From positions 70,184,001 to 70,248,000 of the forward strand of contig NC_043009.1 of assembly GCF_006345805.1 (NCBI RefSeq): 64,000 nucleotides of DNA, in the 5' to 3' direction. This document shows positions 13,419 to 27,118 of this stretch, in pieces (the stretch's first letter is position 1; each line of letters begins with the position of its first letter). This DNA is from Octopus sinensis. Taxonomy: Eukaryota. A model generated the notes under the pieces. It searched no databases. It had not been told where the DNA came from and was given only the letters and a program-made list of their open reading frames with translations. The position numbers and the translations under genes are program-made.

Positions 13419-14091
13419 TCGAAATCTTCAGTTTTTAATAAGTGAGGTTTTGTTTGTTACTAGAATTTTCTTACCAGCGATTCAGCATAAGAATTATTAT
13501 AAACATTTCTAAAACAATCTTCAAAACTAAGTTGATATTTCGAAATGCATCAATTGCAGAATCTTATCCATATTTCCTGTTTTTCTAATTAGAAATTATG
13601 TGCATGAATGAAAACTATTCAAAAAATCTAATTTTCCTTAGTTTATTCGCTGAAAAATACAAAACAAAGGCGATTTTGGTTTGCCAATATAAAGTATCCT
13701 GTAAGTGTTGAGAAGTAGATATATCTTACTATATAAGAATCTCCTAAACAGAATCAGTTTTCATGTAAGAATCTAATGTTAAAGTCAACGAAGCAATTCA
13801 AAAATCAACTTGGTAATTATTGGGAAGACAATAAATTTCTACGTATAGCATTGAAATTGTCGATAGAAGCCACTCACGCAGCCAGTGATTTGTGAGAATT
13901 AACCGTTATTTAGCTGAATTATCGATGTTGCCTAAGTATTATGTAACCACAGGATTAAGACATCTTTGCCAAATGGCTGGCGTTCTCTTAGAAGCAAATA
14001 TATATTTAAATCTAACAATCCATAAATTAAACAAAGGATTAATTAATCCAAAACAGACATGACATAATGAGAAGGAAAATATAAAAATTAT

Positions 14092-14133
<42 letters not shown>

Positions 14134-14764
14134 GGTGTGTTTGAAAGAGGCATTACGCAGAAGACTATTTAAATCTTCAGTCGTGAAATTGTAATAAAAC
14201 GTCTTTCAAATGAGAAATGTTTTCTTTATCTTTATTTTATTTCATTTTCAATTTTGTTTGAGAAACTAACAAATTATTCTGATCGAAATATTTCATTTAA
14301 TGTTTTAAGTAATATTTTTCTTTAAGTATCTTCTAAATGAAATAAAAAAGAGAACCAAAACAAAGGAACAATATAAATTACTGCAAAGTAGAAAATTTTC
14401 TCTTTTTTTCTCTTCTCTTATTATCTCTTTAGCAACAATCTTTTCATTCAACAAAGTTATCAATTTTATTGTTAAAGCAAACTTCACCAACAGCTCCATA
14501 ATTACCAAATTTATCAACATCTAATTGAACGATTTACATGAATGATTATTAATATCATAGTTTGAAAAAAAAAAGTGTTGACAAAAACATACAAGCTAAA
14601 TACTCATTACTCATAAACAGTTTAAAATACAAAGCATTGAAAATAGGGAAAGATCGACTCCTTAGTTTGGTAATCACGGGAAACCATTTTATTCTTTCAG
14701 TAGAGTCACGATACTTGGATCTTTTGTGATTTCCCTCACTGTTTACAGTTATCGTAAAAAAATG

Positions 14765-15250
14765 TTAAGGTATCATATACATGTAATTTTCGACACTGAA
14801 TCCGAATTTATTATTCGTTTATTCTTGAAAAATTTTGCAAAAATGTTACAGGCATTCAAAGTTTGATCATTTTCAGAATTTTCAGCCAATCAGAAAACAG
14901 CATGTTCGCTGCCTCTTCCATCATCAGGAGGGAGGGAGGGGGGCATCGCCATCTCAAAATATTAAAGTAGGATATTATAAAATTAATTCTTTCTCGTATT
15001 TCCTTCTCTTTCTTGTGTGCGTGCGCAGTATCTTTGGTTACTATGTAAACAATTCTTCACAATCAGCAACTCGTGGTGCGTATTTGCTTCTATGCAAATA
15101 GAAATTTTCGCAACGGTGATATGTAAAATACTCGCTTCTGATTGGCTAAAATACCCAAATTTTGCAAATTTTAAAGGCTAATAACTTTTTTATTATGGAT
15201 TTATAGGAAAAAGGAATTTCCTTTTCATAATTAGTATACAAAACTTCGCA
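14765..15250. mobile_element. Possible degraded MITE with TTAA left flank
   Basis: Left end TTAA-GGTATCATATAC; diverged inverted motif (TTTCAGCCAATCAGAA versus TTCTGATTGGCTAAAA). Right end is degenerate. Confidence 0.25.
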
Positions 15251-18148
15251 GTGTTTTGTCATGGAGAGAATTTCTCGCTGTAGTCAAATGGTGGATACAC
15301 CAAGATCAGTTCGCAGCGCCACCTACGTAGACTTTGAAATGCCAGTATGTCGAAGTTATTACTTGCTCTTCGGTTACAGACACTAGGTAAAAGGGAACTG
15401 GTAAAAGGGATTGTTTCTTTTATGCTATTTAAGTATAAAAACATCATTTCAGGAGCGTGTGCACCCGTGAACCCATCCGAACATTAATGCATACATGTGT
15501 GTGTGTGTGTGTGTGTGGTGTGTGTGTGTGTGTGTGCATGTACCTCTATTACCCTATCACATATTTAATCTGTCAAAATAGCTCCTTAGAGTTGCCTGGA
15601 TATTTCGTATGACATCATGTCTTTTCTGCTCTTTGTCGCTATAAACACCAGTGGCCTTTTCCTCTCTGTTTAGAACTGCTTGATGTCGGTTTTATACTAA
15701 TGTAATCAATTTCTCTCCCCTTCCCCCACACTAGTTTCAGTTAAACAGACTAAGTCATAGCCGCTCCCTTATTAGGATTGAGTATGATGAATTTGTCCAG
15801 CTCGTGTAGTTAAGTAATTGATTGGATGTTAGTGTTAATGTACAATCCCTATTCTTAATTTATTTTTTATTTAATATTTTATTTTGGCTTGGATGAAAAT
15901 TTAGATTAATGGTTAAGGCTACAAGAAAACTATTTTATTATTATTCAGTGTTCAGAAAATCCAGAATTATCCAAGGAATATTGTTTCATTTAACGCAGCG
16001 TAAATTATAGTGATAAGACATGAAATGATTGGATATTATAGATATCACTAAATGTGCTTTAGTAGCGATTTAACAACACATTGCTTCACACAATATCGCA
16101 TGAAAGGACATCTAAAATGATGTAGTAAGATGCAATAAGGCGTATTTGCGACATTCACATATCTCCGGGCAATATTCCACTTCTATAACGTGATATGCAC
16201 CACTGGAATAATGGTAGGATAGGAAACTTTCCATTGAAGGAGAGTTAAATGTGCTAATTGGTTCATTTAGGAATGATAGGGTTAGTATAGAACCATTGAG
16301 CAATCAAACCCATTAAACTCACTTGCTATGATGATCTGGACGTACTTAATTAGTTGCTACACAATAATTCAAAACACAATTATTGTTTCTTTTGACGTTA
16401 TTAATTTGTACACCAAAATTCCTTCTGTTAATTGATTCAATGCGATAAAATATTGGTTGGATACAGATGAAATTGAATTATCAAACAGCATGGAAAAAAA
16501 AGCATATTATTGATGGTCTGAGATTCATTCGGACATAAAATAATTACTTCACATTCGATTAATTAGTGTACCGTCAGCTATCAAGGACTGTGCTAGGAAC
16601 CATAGTTAACCCACGGCACATGCCAAATAGTTTCATGTGTTACCATGAAGAGAACTAAGAACTCTTAGGCAGAATGTACTCAAATATTTGGAGACGCATT
16701 GTACACATTCTAAACATAAAACTGGGAAAGGTCCCCAGTCCACTGCTTGATTGTATGACGACAGGAAGATCTAAATAACCTTATGAACACGCTAACAGAT
16801 AATATAAACTACAGAATTCAGATGACAATGGAATTTATTCAAAAAGAACAACGATTTCCATATATTTTAATCCTGAATAAATGTGAAAGAATAAAAGCGG
16901 ATATTTACGAAAACTTATGGATTATTTGCACATCCTGTCATCTTAAACAGACAAAAATAAACACATCTTACAACTTAGTTAAGTGTTATGGGTCAGCGAC
17001 GGTATGAAACAAAATCTAAGGAAAGTGGCCGATGGTCAGTGACGGCATAATTCAGGCTCCATTATAACTGATCAGTAAGATATAGTGTGTAAGATAGTAT
17101 TCTGTCACAATTGGTAAAAGTTTCAGTAAATTTGATATTGAAAGAATCAGCAAAATACGTTATTCGAGTAAAGTTTTATTGTTCAATTTAAGTAAAATGG
17201 AGAATTAAGATATGTGTTAGTATAATACAGAATCCGAATAAGTGTTAGTTGCCAGTGTCGGTAAATATCACAAAATGGAGTTGTTATTGATTGGCAATTA
17301 TTTCAGAAACGATAGGTCAATCCCAAAACGTCAGATTTCTCCTCGAGTAACGATGTACAATCATGTCTAGTTAATACCAGTGACACATAAGCTGTTTGTA
17401 CTTGGACAATAGCCACGAACTTAATATTCATGAAATGAATCTAGATATTGTACAAACGAGATAGTTTCTGGCCATGTTTACGGAAATATAATTTCACATC
17501 ATGTTACATACTACCGAGTTGTGGTTGTTGCATTCGGCGTTGAGCTAACTGTGTCTCTCCACTTGAAGAATTTTTGTTGAAGTTGTTCTTTTTTGCAACT
17601 GAAGTGTCTTTTGCTCTCTTTAGCTGTCAGGAGATGATGCTCACCATTAATCATTCTACTGCATGGGGAGTATCCTACCAAATCCTTCATCAGTTACAAT
17701 TAATTATAATTTACTGAAGCATAATAAAACAATTGAAGGCCTTAACTTGTCTTGTAACTAAATTGATGGCAGAGACCAGAAATATTTATTTCAAATGATA
17801 TTGTTGACATGATCCTAATTCGATTCACATAATATCTTGGCAGATTTTCCTGTAGTTACGTTGACCAGTTTCATTTTAATGATTAGATTCCATGCGTGGA
17901 TCTAGATTTCATTAAATCTACCAGAACTTCCGCTGCCTAAATTATCCTTGAAAATTAATGGTTTTCTTTGACAAAAGGTTTGACTGGCAGGAAGACTTGG
18001 CGATGTAAACAAATAGATGCCAATTACACTTATTCAAAAAGAAGAATGAATTTTCAATGTTATTTCAATTTCTACGTAAATGAGATGAAATCACGTTTAT
18101 ATATTTGTTGTGCAAGATTTTTTATGTGAAGTCGTGTGTTGAAACATA

Positions 18149-18286
18149 TATTGTTATATTTCGGAATGGTCATTTTGCCAGTTTAGCCATTAAAAACACA
18201 CGCACTATTTTCTTCATTTTGCCAGTTTAGTGCGTGTGTTTTTATTGGCTAAACTGGCAAAATGACCATTCCGAAATATAACAATA
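18149..18286. repeat. Inverted repeat, 59-bp arms, 1 mismatch, 20-nt loop
   Basis: 18149-18207 is the reverse complement of 18228-18286. Confidence 0.97.
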
Positions 18287-19134
18287 AGAGATGAAATCAT
18301 TTTTATTTGAAACTTTGACCATCATAAATAACAAAAATTCTTGTGTTTCTCGTAAAGATCGAAAAACTACATCAACTGTTTTGGACTTTAATTGAAAAAC
18401 GGAGCCGGAAAAAAATTTCGTTTGTTCGACAAAAGATTTTGTTATTCAACTTGCCACGTCTTTTTCATGACACTCTTCATTGGATAAAATAGATTATTTA
18501 GACTTACGGTCTACAACAAAAATGGGCTGATGAATAATTTTCATTATAAATATTATATGGGGTCGATAAAGAAAGTACCAATATCGTATTAAATTGTGTG
18601 AGTTTGAAGAATCATCATCACATAGCTCAAAATGTTTCGTTTGACTCTCAAGAGTCAAGTCTCATGGAATTCAACTTAGTCTAACATTCTTTCGAAATCG
18701 ATAAAATTAATCACCAGCCAATGGTAAGGGATCTGTGGAATTGTCAGAACTGCAGACGAGATGCGCTGCGCTAGATTCTCCGAGTCTTCGCGTTACGAAG
18801 CCTTCGGTGTTACTCTTATTCTGACTCTCAGAATAACTTGGTTATTATGCACCTCTGGCTGAGTTCAGTTTCTTACAAGTATTCGAATCTGGTAATTTCT
18901 TTCCATCCATCCATCTTGCAGGTCCCGTACGTGGTGCAAAGACAGTGGCTCAAAGGTGCCACCCTGACTTTACTCACAAAACAGTTACACACAGAAATGC
19001 TACAAACGATTAAGCAGTTTTCTAACACATCATGACTTCTGGTTAGGTTAAAACTTTAAAGGAAATTAAAAAAATGCCAGCCTTGGATTTAACCACATCT
19101 ACTCATCTGAGCTTATTCTTATTGTTGTTGTTTA

Positions 19135-19283
19135 ACACCAGGTCAACTCTAACTGAATATGCGTATGCTCACAAATCCTTCTCTTAGCTGTGGCAGATCC
19201 AAAGAGCCGAATATTAGTGTCGACCTAATCAACTTATCTCTTCCACCCACCAAAATTGTTGGCCTTGTTTTTAAATTTGAAAC

Positions 19284-19361
<78 letters not shown>

Positions 19362-19368
19362 CATCGTC
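19135..19368 (+). mobile_element. SINE 3' part followed by (TTA)n(TTG)n tail
   Basis: GTCGACCTAATC..CCAAAATTGTTGGCCTTGT..TTTGAAAC then TTA repeats; resembles the 3' part of the SINE at 60180-60345. Confidence 0.5.
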
Positions 19369-20248
19369 GTTGGACAATGTTAAGAAAAGCATTTCAATGA
19401 ACGTAAGACTAAAATATTCAAATCATCAGCGAAAATACATAATCTAGGGATAGAAGTCGGTTCACACCGCGTAGACTTTCCATTTCTACATTTCTCGTTA
19501 CTAGCCTCTCTCAAGATTTCCCACCAACTTGCTCCCTGTCATTTCTTTAATGATACTTCAACGTTACCTCATTTTTCCTACGCCTGTTTCAATATTTAAA
19601 TACATAATACTAGTAGCTTTGGCCGGGTTACGCAATATATCGGAAAATATGACACAACACATGATATTATTTTCCTTGAAGACGTTAAGCCCTACACAAA
19701 ATTTCAGCTACCAAAATCCCAGGAATGGCGTAGATTGACTCATGACGTACGTTTAGGCGTGTTTGTTTCGTTCTTACCGCTTCACAGGTAGATTTCGAAA
19801 TCCCACTAACAAGCAACTCCATTAATTTCACTCCAGCACACTCCCAACACTCTATTAAGCCGACCGCTTCCAGATACTGCCAAAATCTTATGCTTGCATC
19901 TAAACAGCGTTCCCTTCTCGTCTTAATTGTCCCGTGTAAAAGCAGTTCCCTTCCTTTCCCCTTTTCTTGCTGGCGATTTCTCTTCTTCATCCTCCTCCCT
20001 ATGCTTCTCTCTTGCTCTTTTTCTGATGAAGTTCTAACGTCCTCCTCACCTTTTTTATTGCTCAATATATTCAGTACACTGTTTATATTTGTACGCATGT
20101 ATGTGTGTGTGTGTGTATGTGTGTGTGTTTGTGTGTGTGTGTGTGTCGGTACCCACACACATATATATGCATTTGAAAGTCTATGTGAAAAGAAGCGTAC
20201 AGTGATTTAAAAAGTAAATGTTATGAAATCTTTTATAAGGATGTTTCG

Positions 20249-20301
<53 letters not shown>

Positions 20302-20366
20302 TATATATATATATGCATATACATACACGGGAGAAGGGTTGAGAGAGTGAAAAAGAGATAGATAGG

Positions 20367-20402
<36 letters not shown>

Positions 20403-22363
20403 GAGGTAGATAGGGAGAGAGTGAGAGTATGGTTTTAGCGGGAATACCTTCCATAATAAGACTCTTCAATTAAGGTTCACTGGGAGTTAAACAAAAGCAC
20501 CAGCAACACCACTACTATCAGTAACACTTCCACTAACACAACGACCCGACACGACACGACACCACCACACCACCACCACACCACCACTGCCATCACTACG
20601 ACAACGACAACAACAACAATTACAGCAACAAAAAACTGAAATATTAAAAAAGATTTCTGGTTGAATATCCTCCTGTATAGATTAGTTGGTGATAAACGTT
20701 GGTTTATACATAATCGTTGGGAAACAAAATGGTGTCAACTGGGAATCTAAGCCTGGCATTTGAACTCTGGGGGAATATGGAGAGCAATATCTATCGAATA
20801 TCAAAACATTTATGAAGCAGCCTGAGAAATATTGGTGGTATTAATCGTTGGTTAATATGATCGCATTATGAGGGTAGACATTCAGTGAAAATGCCTATTA
20901 GGTGAAATGGTATAAATCTCAGAGGAGATATGGAGAAATTGTATGAGATATTGATTTTTTGGTTTACATTAGGTTTCAGTGGTGTAAAACTGCAGAAGCA
21001 CATTTCGCCAGAGCTCCAACAGAACTGTCTGTGAACCATTCTCGATAAGTTTAGAGACAATGATTAGGCATTTACTACTCATCTTTCTACCAACGAAACA
21101 TATCCAAGTACCAGAGGCTAATGAAGTACGCACAAACGATGCACAGGAAAAGTACACTTATACAGACTCACAAAAAACAGCATACACAAACATACCCCGC
21201 CGTAAGTGCACTGACATTCGAATGAATACACACACATCCGCATACGTGATTGCACAAACAAATATGTTGCGTTGTTTAACGAATGTCCATGCAATTCCTC
21301 CTTATTGACTTTCGCCGTCAAAACATTGGTCGAAATATACAGAGAAAGAATCTTGGCAACATTGATTTACTGAAGGGGGGAACTTTTAAAATTGCATCAC
21401 TTAATCATGGGAATATATATATAAACACACACTCATGCACACACACACACATACAGACACACAGCCACACATACAGACACGTACATGTGCGTGTGTGCGT
21501 GTGCATATTAGCCCAGAACATGTGTGCGCTGACACACAATGCACACTCAATACGAAACTTTCCCTCCAAAAATGCTCTGAGCAACCTGTTCTTTTAAAAG
21601 TTAAGTATTTTCATAAAAGACTGTGAGTATATCAAGTATTTTGTGAAATATATTGATGCCCAGACACATATATTTGACAGCCAGTTGTTCGTTGAATATT
21701 CCAGAATAAGCAAATAGTGTCTTCAAGATAATAACAATTCAAAGATATTATCGTCCCTTCTGAAAGCATTAATGTAGATGATTATATCTTAAAAAGCAAT
21801 TAGTTATTATAACCGTTAACATTACTATCAATTATGGTCCAGATATAGTTGGGGAGTGAAGTAGTAAGTCATTTTGCGAATATATACATATGTTGCTTCG
21901 TGAATCATATACAGAGTTTCCTTAATAAGGAATTACAAAAAGTACAAGCCGCTGAAAGTGATCACGATTGCTACTATCACATACCGAGAAGGATTTTGCC
22001 TATTTGATCAAGAGAATTTCATATTTCTCAATTGGCTGAAGAAGCAGTGACGTTTTTGTGCAGTTGTAGCACATTGCAACGATAATGAAGAGCTTGGAAA
22101 AAACTTTCACCTATGAAGATGTTGTTCGTTTATAATCTTTAGGATCATCTTTGTGCTATTTTAACTGTCAAAAAAATTAGAATATTATCATTCGCTACCT
22201 ATTTTGGGATTTTTGACTATTGACAGGTGATGGCAATCTTGAAGCTGCAGTTTCTTTGATGCGCCTTTGTTTTGAATGAGCAAAATAATTCAATTACTCG
22301 TCGGTAGATGATATACTAGATATAGGCTTAATTGTGCCGTTTATTATTATTATTAAGGAATAG

Positions 22364-22366
<3 letters not shown>

Positions 22367-22432
<66 letters not shown>
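22367..22432. repeat. (TA)n microsatellite
   Basis: Directly visible. Confidence 0.97.
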
Positions 22433-22436
<4 letters not shown>

Positions 22437-23539
22437 GCAACTTGTATTTAAGGTTACAGGAACCATATTTACTGCTAGTTAAATCGAAAGTTATATCTAA
22501 CTAATTGACAATATTTTAATTCGCATTAACCGCAAGTTTGAATAATTACACCTTGAATTTCTATAGAAATTACTTTCTAATAACATGCATTTTATATCCA
22601 TGTATGATTTGTAAAATGGAGAGGTCGATGATCAGCTAAAAACCGAGAACTGTGGAATGAAATATCCTATGAAGCTCTATAACGCTATAAAGTAAGAGTC
22701 TAGGCTCTGGCGATTGAACTACGCAGTCCAGCATTTATCTTTTGTGATCATTCCTTATGGTTTAAACATATTTTTGAAGTAGTATATGATACAGCTATGT
22801 AATCTTACGATGGATGTATTTTTATTCATTCTCAAGATTACTTTTTATAGATTGTCTAAAGGGAACTTGGCTCGAAAAGTTCAGTTGTTTACACAAAATT
22901 TAACGATTCCTTTATCTACCAGCATAAATGATTATATGATCAATACAATTAAGAATATATTTATCCACAAATTCATAGAATTGGATGAATAGATTGTACA
23001 TATATTCTAGAGGTTACGTTTCTGCACCAGTCTACCGAGAGATATACTGTTACCTGAACAAAATGCAGAAGTAATGGGCGAACTCAAAATTACTTCTCCG
23101 ATATTGATGAACGTAGATGTCATCGATTTAATCATTCGCAATTCTTTGAGGAAAACAAATTAATGTGTTGATGTTTCATAAAAAGAATCTATTTTCACAG
23201 AAATGTGTGGTTGTTTTAAAGAAATTTATGATAAAAAAGAGACGAGACATGCGTGCCTTGAAGTGTAGTGAAAACTATTAAATCAGTCAGCAGTGAAATC
23301 AGATGGAATTTTATCTCTAGCTAAAAACATTACCTCTGAAATACTGAGATGCTATGAGATGGCGAAACTTTTGTCATGTTAATCGCACTTGTGGAGCAGC
23401 AAAAACCCACAACAAAAATAGAAAGCCATTACACATATACTTTTACAATCACAGACAGACAGAGAAAAACTTATACTAATACAAGAATTGGTTCGTGTAT
23501 ACATGCATACACACAGACACACAGACCTACCAACATTAA

Positions 23540-23599
23540 GACATACATAAATGCATGCATACATACATACATACATACATACATACATACATACATACA

Positions 23600-23630
<31 letters not shown>

Positions 23631-23830
23631 GTTTATCAAAATGTATGTATTTGTTTATATACATGTATACATATGTGTATGTATGTGCATAGACCTATAT
23701 ATATATGTATATATATATATGTGTGTGTATATATATACACATATATATATGTATATATATATACACACACACACACATATATATATATGTATATGTATAA
23801 ATACAGGGATAGACAGGTAGGTTTAAGTGC

Positions 23831-23863
<33 letters not shown>

Positions 23864-24224
23864 GTATGTATGCATGTGTGTATATGTATACATATATGTA
23901 TATGTATACAAGCACTCGATGAAATTAGTTGCTGAGGTGAGAATTTCCTTCTCATTCAAGTGCAAATTTATAACAAGGCAAGAAAGTTGTTAATAAATGT
24001 TTCAAAGGTAAATATATTCTCCTCACGACATTTACTGATACTAGATCTACGTAGACAAACAACGAACTCGACCCTCAACACACACACATATTTACTCACA
24101 CAAACACACACACACAAATAAAAACATATATGTAATTGTGAGTATAGATGTTTGCGCATACATAGATATATACATACACATATATGCACACACACACACA
24201 CATATATATATACATACCTACATT

Positions 24225-24264
<40 letters not shown>

Positions 24265-24983
24265 ATATACATATATACATACTTATACACACACACGCTC
24301 ACACACACACATACATATTGTTAACCTCGGCCTTTTTGATGCTACGCTTTTAAAATAGTTGATTTCTATACAACGATTTTCTTGTCAAGACTGTGGTAGG
24401 TTGGAACTGTTTGTCTGAAAAGACAATTTTAAATTTTAGCAATTAGCACTTCCTTCGAAGAATATTCAGGAACAGACTGGAGATTTTGTTTGATGTAGCT
24501 GATGCTGTTAATGTGGTTGTTGTTTCGCTGGTGCGTCTCGTTTTTGATGTCGACTGAGTGTTGTTATTTCCCTTTTATTAGAAACTGAAATAATTCTTTA
24601 TAATTTATTTTTCATATCCTGCAGGAATGTTTTTCCAAAATTAAAATTAAGAGTTTCTTTTTCTCATTTTTGTGTATGTTTTTCACTAATTAATTTTTTT
24701 TTGTCACTAAGCTCTAAGTATTATTTTACATAACGAAATAATTTTTGCACAAATTTGTTCGATCTCGTGAGAAGTACACGTATATTTGTACATGTTTACG
24801 TATGCATATATATGTATATATATTTACGATATATACACATACATAGATATATCTATACATACTTATATATTCAAATATACAGACATAAATATATATATAT
24901 ATATATATATATGCATATATATATATATATATCGTACATACATACATACATACTACATACATACATACATACATAATATATAT

Positions 24984-25026
<43 letters not shown>

Positions 25027-25030
25027 GCAC
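23540..25030. repeat. Clusters of (CATA)n, (TA)n and (CA)n microsatellites
   Basis: Directly visible at about 23550-23900, 24080-24310 and 24780-25030. Confidence 0.9.
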
Positions 25031-25251
25031 ATATACATTAATTCGCCAATGTCTATATATGTGTATAATCAGTACAAAATGTCGAGGATGTTCAAACCGA
25101 TAACTCATAAAACATCTTAAACTGTAAACAAGAAAGAACTAAAAGAAAACATTCAATGAAAATTTTTAACAATCAATGAATACGTATTTCATTGATATTC
25201 AATAAACTATATTTTTTGAAGGGAAGTTGATATTTTTATTGGTTTCTCAAG

Positions 25252-25393
25252 GCAATTTATCAGTAATAGTGAACTAATTATAACTGAAACTAATATTATT
25301 GGTGTAATGAAAATACACGGAAAAGAATCGAAAAGGTTTATGGAGATAATTCGAAAGTGGAACAGTTCTTCACATTTTGCTTTAAAATATAGG
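25252..25393 (+). CDS. Candidate internal coding exon, product unknown
   Basis: Acceptor TTTTTATTGGTTTCTCAAG, donor AGG|GTAAGT, open 47-codon frame QFISNSELIITETNIIGVMKIHGKESKRFMEIIRKWNSSSHFALKYR. No gene assignable; could be chance. Confidence 0.25.
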
Positions 25394-25607
25394 GTAAGTG
25401 TAACGTTGCAGTTAGAAACATTTGTCAGGCTGAGATGGGAAATGTTTTCTGATGTTGATGAGTCAGTGATGTAAATTTGAAATGATGAGCGAGTCAAGAG
25501 AAAAGAATACATAGAATAATATATAGGAGGTGGAACAGATTAGAAAGTGAGACACAATTTCTTAGGGAAAGAATTTGTAAATCCTCATAGGCATGTCTGA
25601 AAAACTA

Positions 25608-25643
<36 letters not shown>

Positions 25644-26841
25644 GAGAGGGGGAGAGAGGGAGGGAGGGAGAGAGAGAGTTGTTAGATAAGAACAAGGGCA
25701 GGTAAAAAGGCTATACCAAGTAATAATACAAGTAAATTTGAAAATCATTGAAGAGAAAGCGTTATGGCTATATTTTACCTCATTTTCATATTATGTCGCG
25801 GTAGGTCAAAATATTTATGAACTTCTGACTATAAATCTCTAGAGATCATCGTATTGGTTGGGGTCAGTGAGAAGAGATCACATGTTAGTGAAGTCTCAAA
25901 AAGAAAATTTCACTTTTTTTCTTTGCTTCTCCAATATTTACAGGATTTGCCGATACACCAAGCCATACGTACACATCTCTCTGATCTGGTTGTCTCTGTC
26001 TCATTCTCGAAAGGCCAGTACTATGATTATAGATAAACTAGATTAGATCATCCCTTTATCCTGATATATCTAACCGGATATTATCTAATGTGTTATTCCG
26101 GTTTTATGAAGATTTCATTTCTATGAAAGAACTTCTTTATTGTTTCTATCAAGCTGACGAAATAGTCGCCACAACTACGGCTGGTATTTGAATTGGTGTT
26201 ATTCTGAATGACATACACCACTGAATACTTAAATGCCGAACAGAATTATCTCCACCCATGAAATTGACCCAGAGTTAATTCCTTTGAAACACATTTTATC
26301 AACAGACAAATTTTAATTTGTAATTCTTTTATTACTTATTCTATGAAAATTCAGTTATTTGGTCTTGGCCTTTGTTCGAACGAAAAACTAAGAATTTGAA
26401 CTCAAGGCACCAATAGTTTGAACGAAAGAAATGAAATGTTAACACCTTTGACATACGCGGCTTAGAATCTTTTATGCAAATAATAGCCTCGTTCTGTCCC
26501 AGAAAAAAAAATAATGTTGGTTTTCGAAATGCTTCATTAACAGGTTCTATTAACATGTGTTTATATGTGTGTATGTGTGTGCATGTCTGTATGTGTGTAT
26601 ATGTTTATATAAGCATATGTGTATGAATTCAAAAGCGTGAGCCTGAAGCGGCTGTTCTCGCAGGTGTTGTTCACAAAGGATTTTAAGCGAAAGGACATAA
26701 GGCTTAGAGTTTCCTTCAAACTTTCATTTCATATTTCAAACATATTCAGGCCGTGGATATTCAAATGTTATTTAACGAACTGCTCTCCTTGGGAAATATA
26801 TGATTGTCATCTCACTGTTTCTTCTATTTACCTTAACTGAC

Positions 26842-27118
26842 ACTGCGTCGGTTACGACGCCGAGGGTTCCAGTTGATCCGATCAGCAGAACAACCAGCTC
26901 ATGAAACTGCCGTGCAAGTGGCTGATCTCTACACTGACACGTGTAGCCTTAACGTAGTTCTCCCAGAAGTTCATCATGGTACAGAATGTGACAGGGTTGA
27001 CCCTTTGAATTAGAGATAGAACTAATTTCTGCCAGTTGAGGGTAAAAGTGTCTTGCTCAAGGACACAACCCACTACCAGCAATCGGACTTAGGACTGTGA
27101 GCCGAATACCCTAAACAT
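26842..27118 (-). mobile_element. tRNA-derived SINE, degraded
   Basis: The minus strand has a head-like start, a TGTGTCCTTGAGCAAGACAC core and a 3' end GATCAACTGGAACCCTCGGCGTCGTAACCGAC. Confidence 0.65.

Noticed and set aside
22228-22280. GDGNLEAAVSLMR after an AG, UBA-like
   Set aside because: Too short, ends in a stop, and no supporting exons.
25207-25512. Minus-strand 101-aa ORF with a hydrophobic stretch resembling a Cys-loop receptor TM1
   Set aside because: Motif spacing does not fit and no other receptor exons were found.
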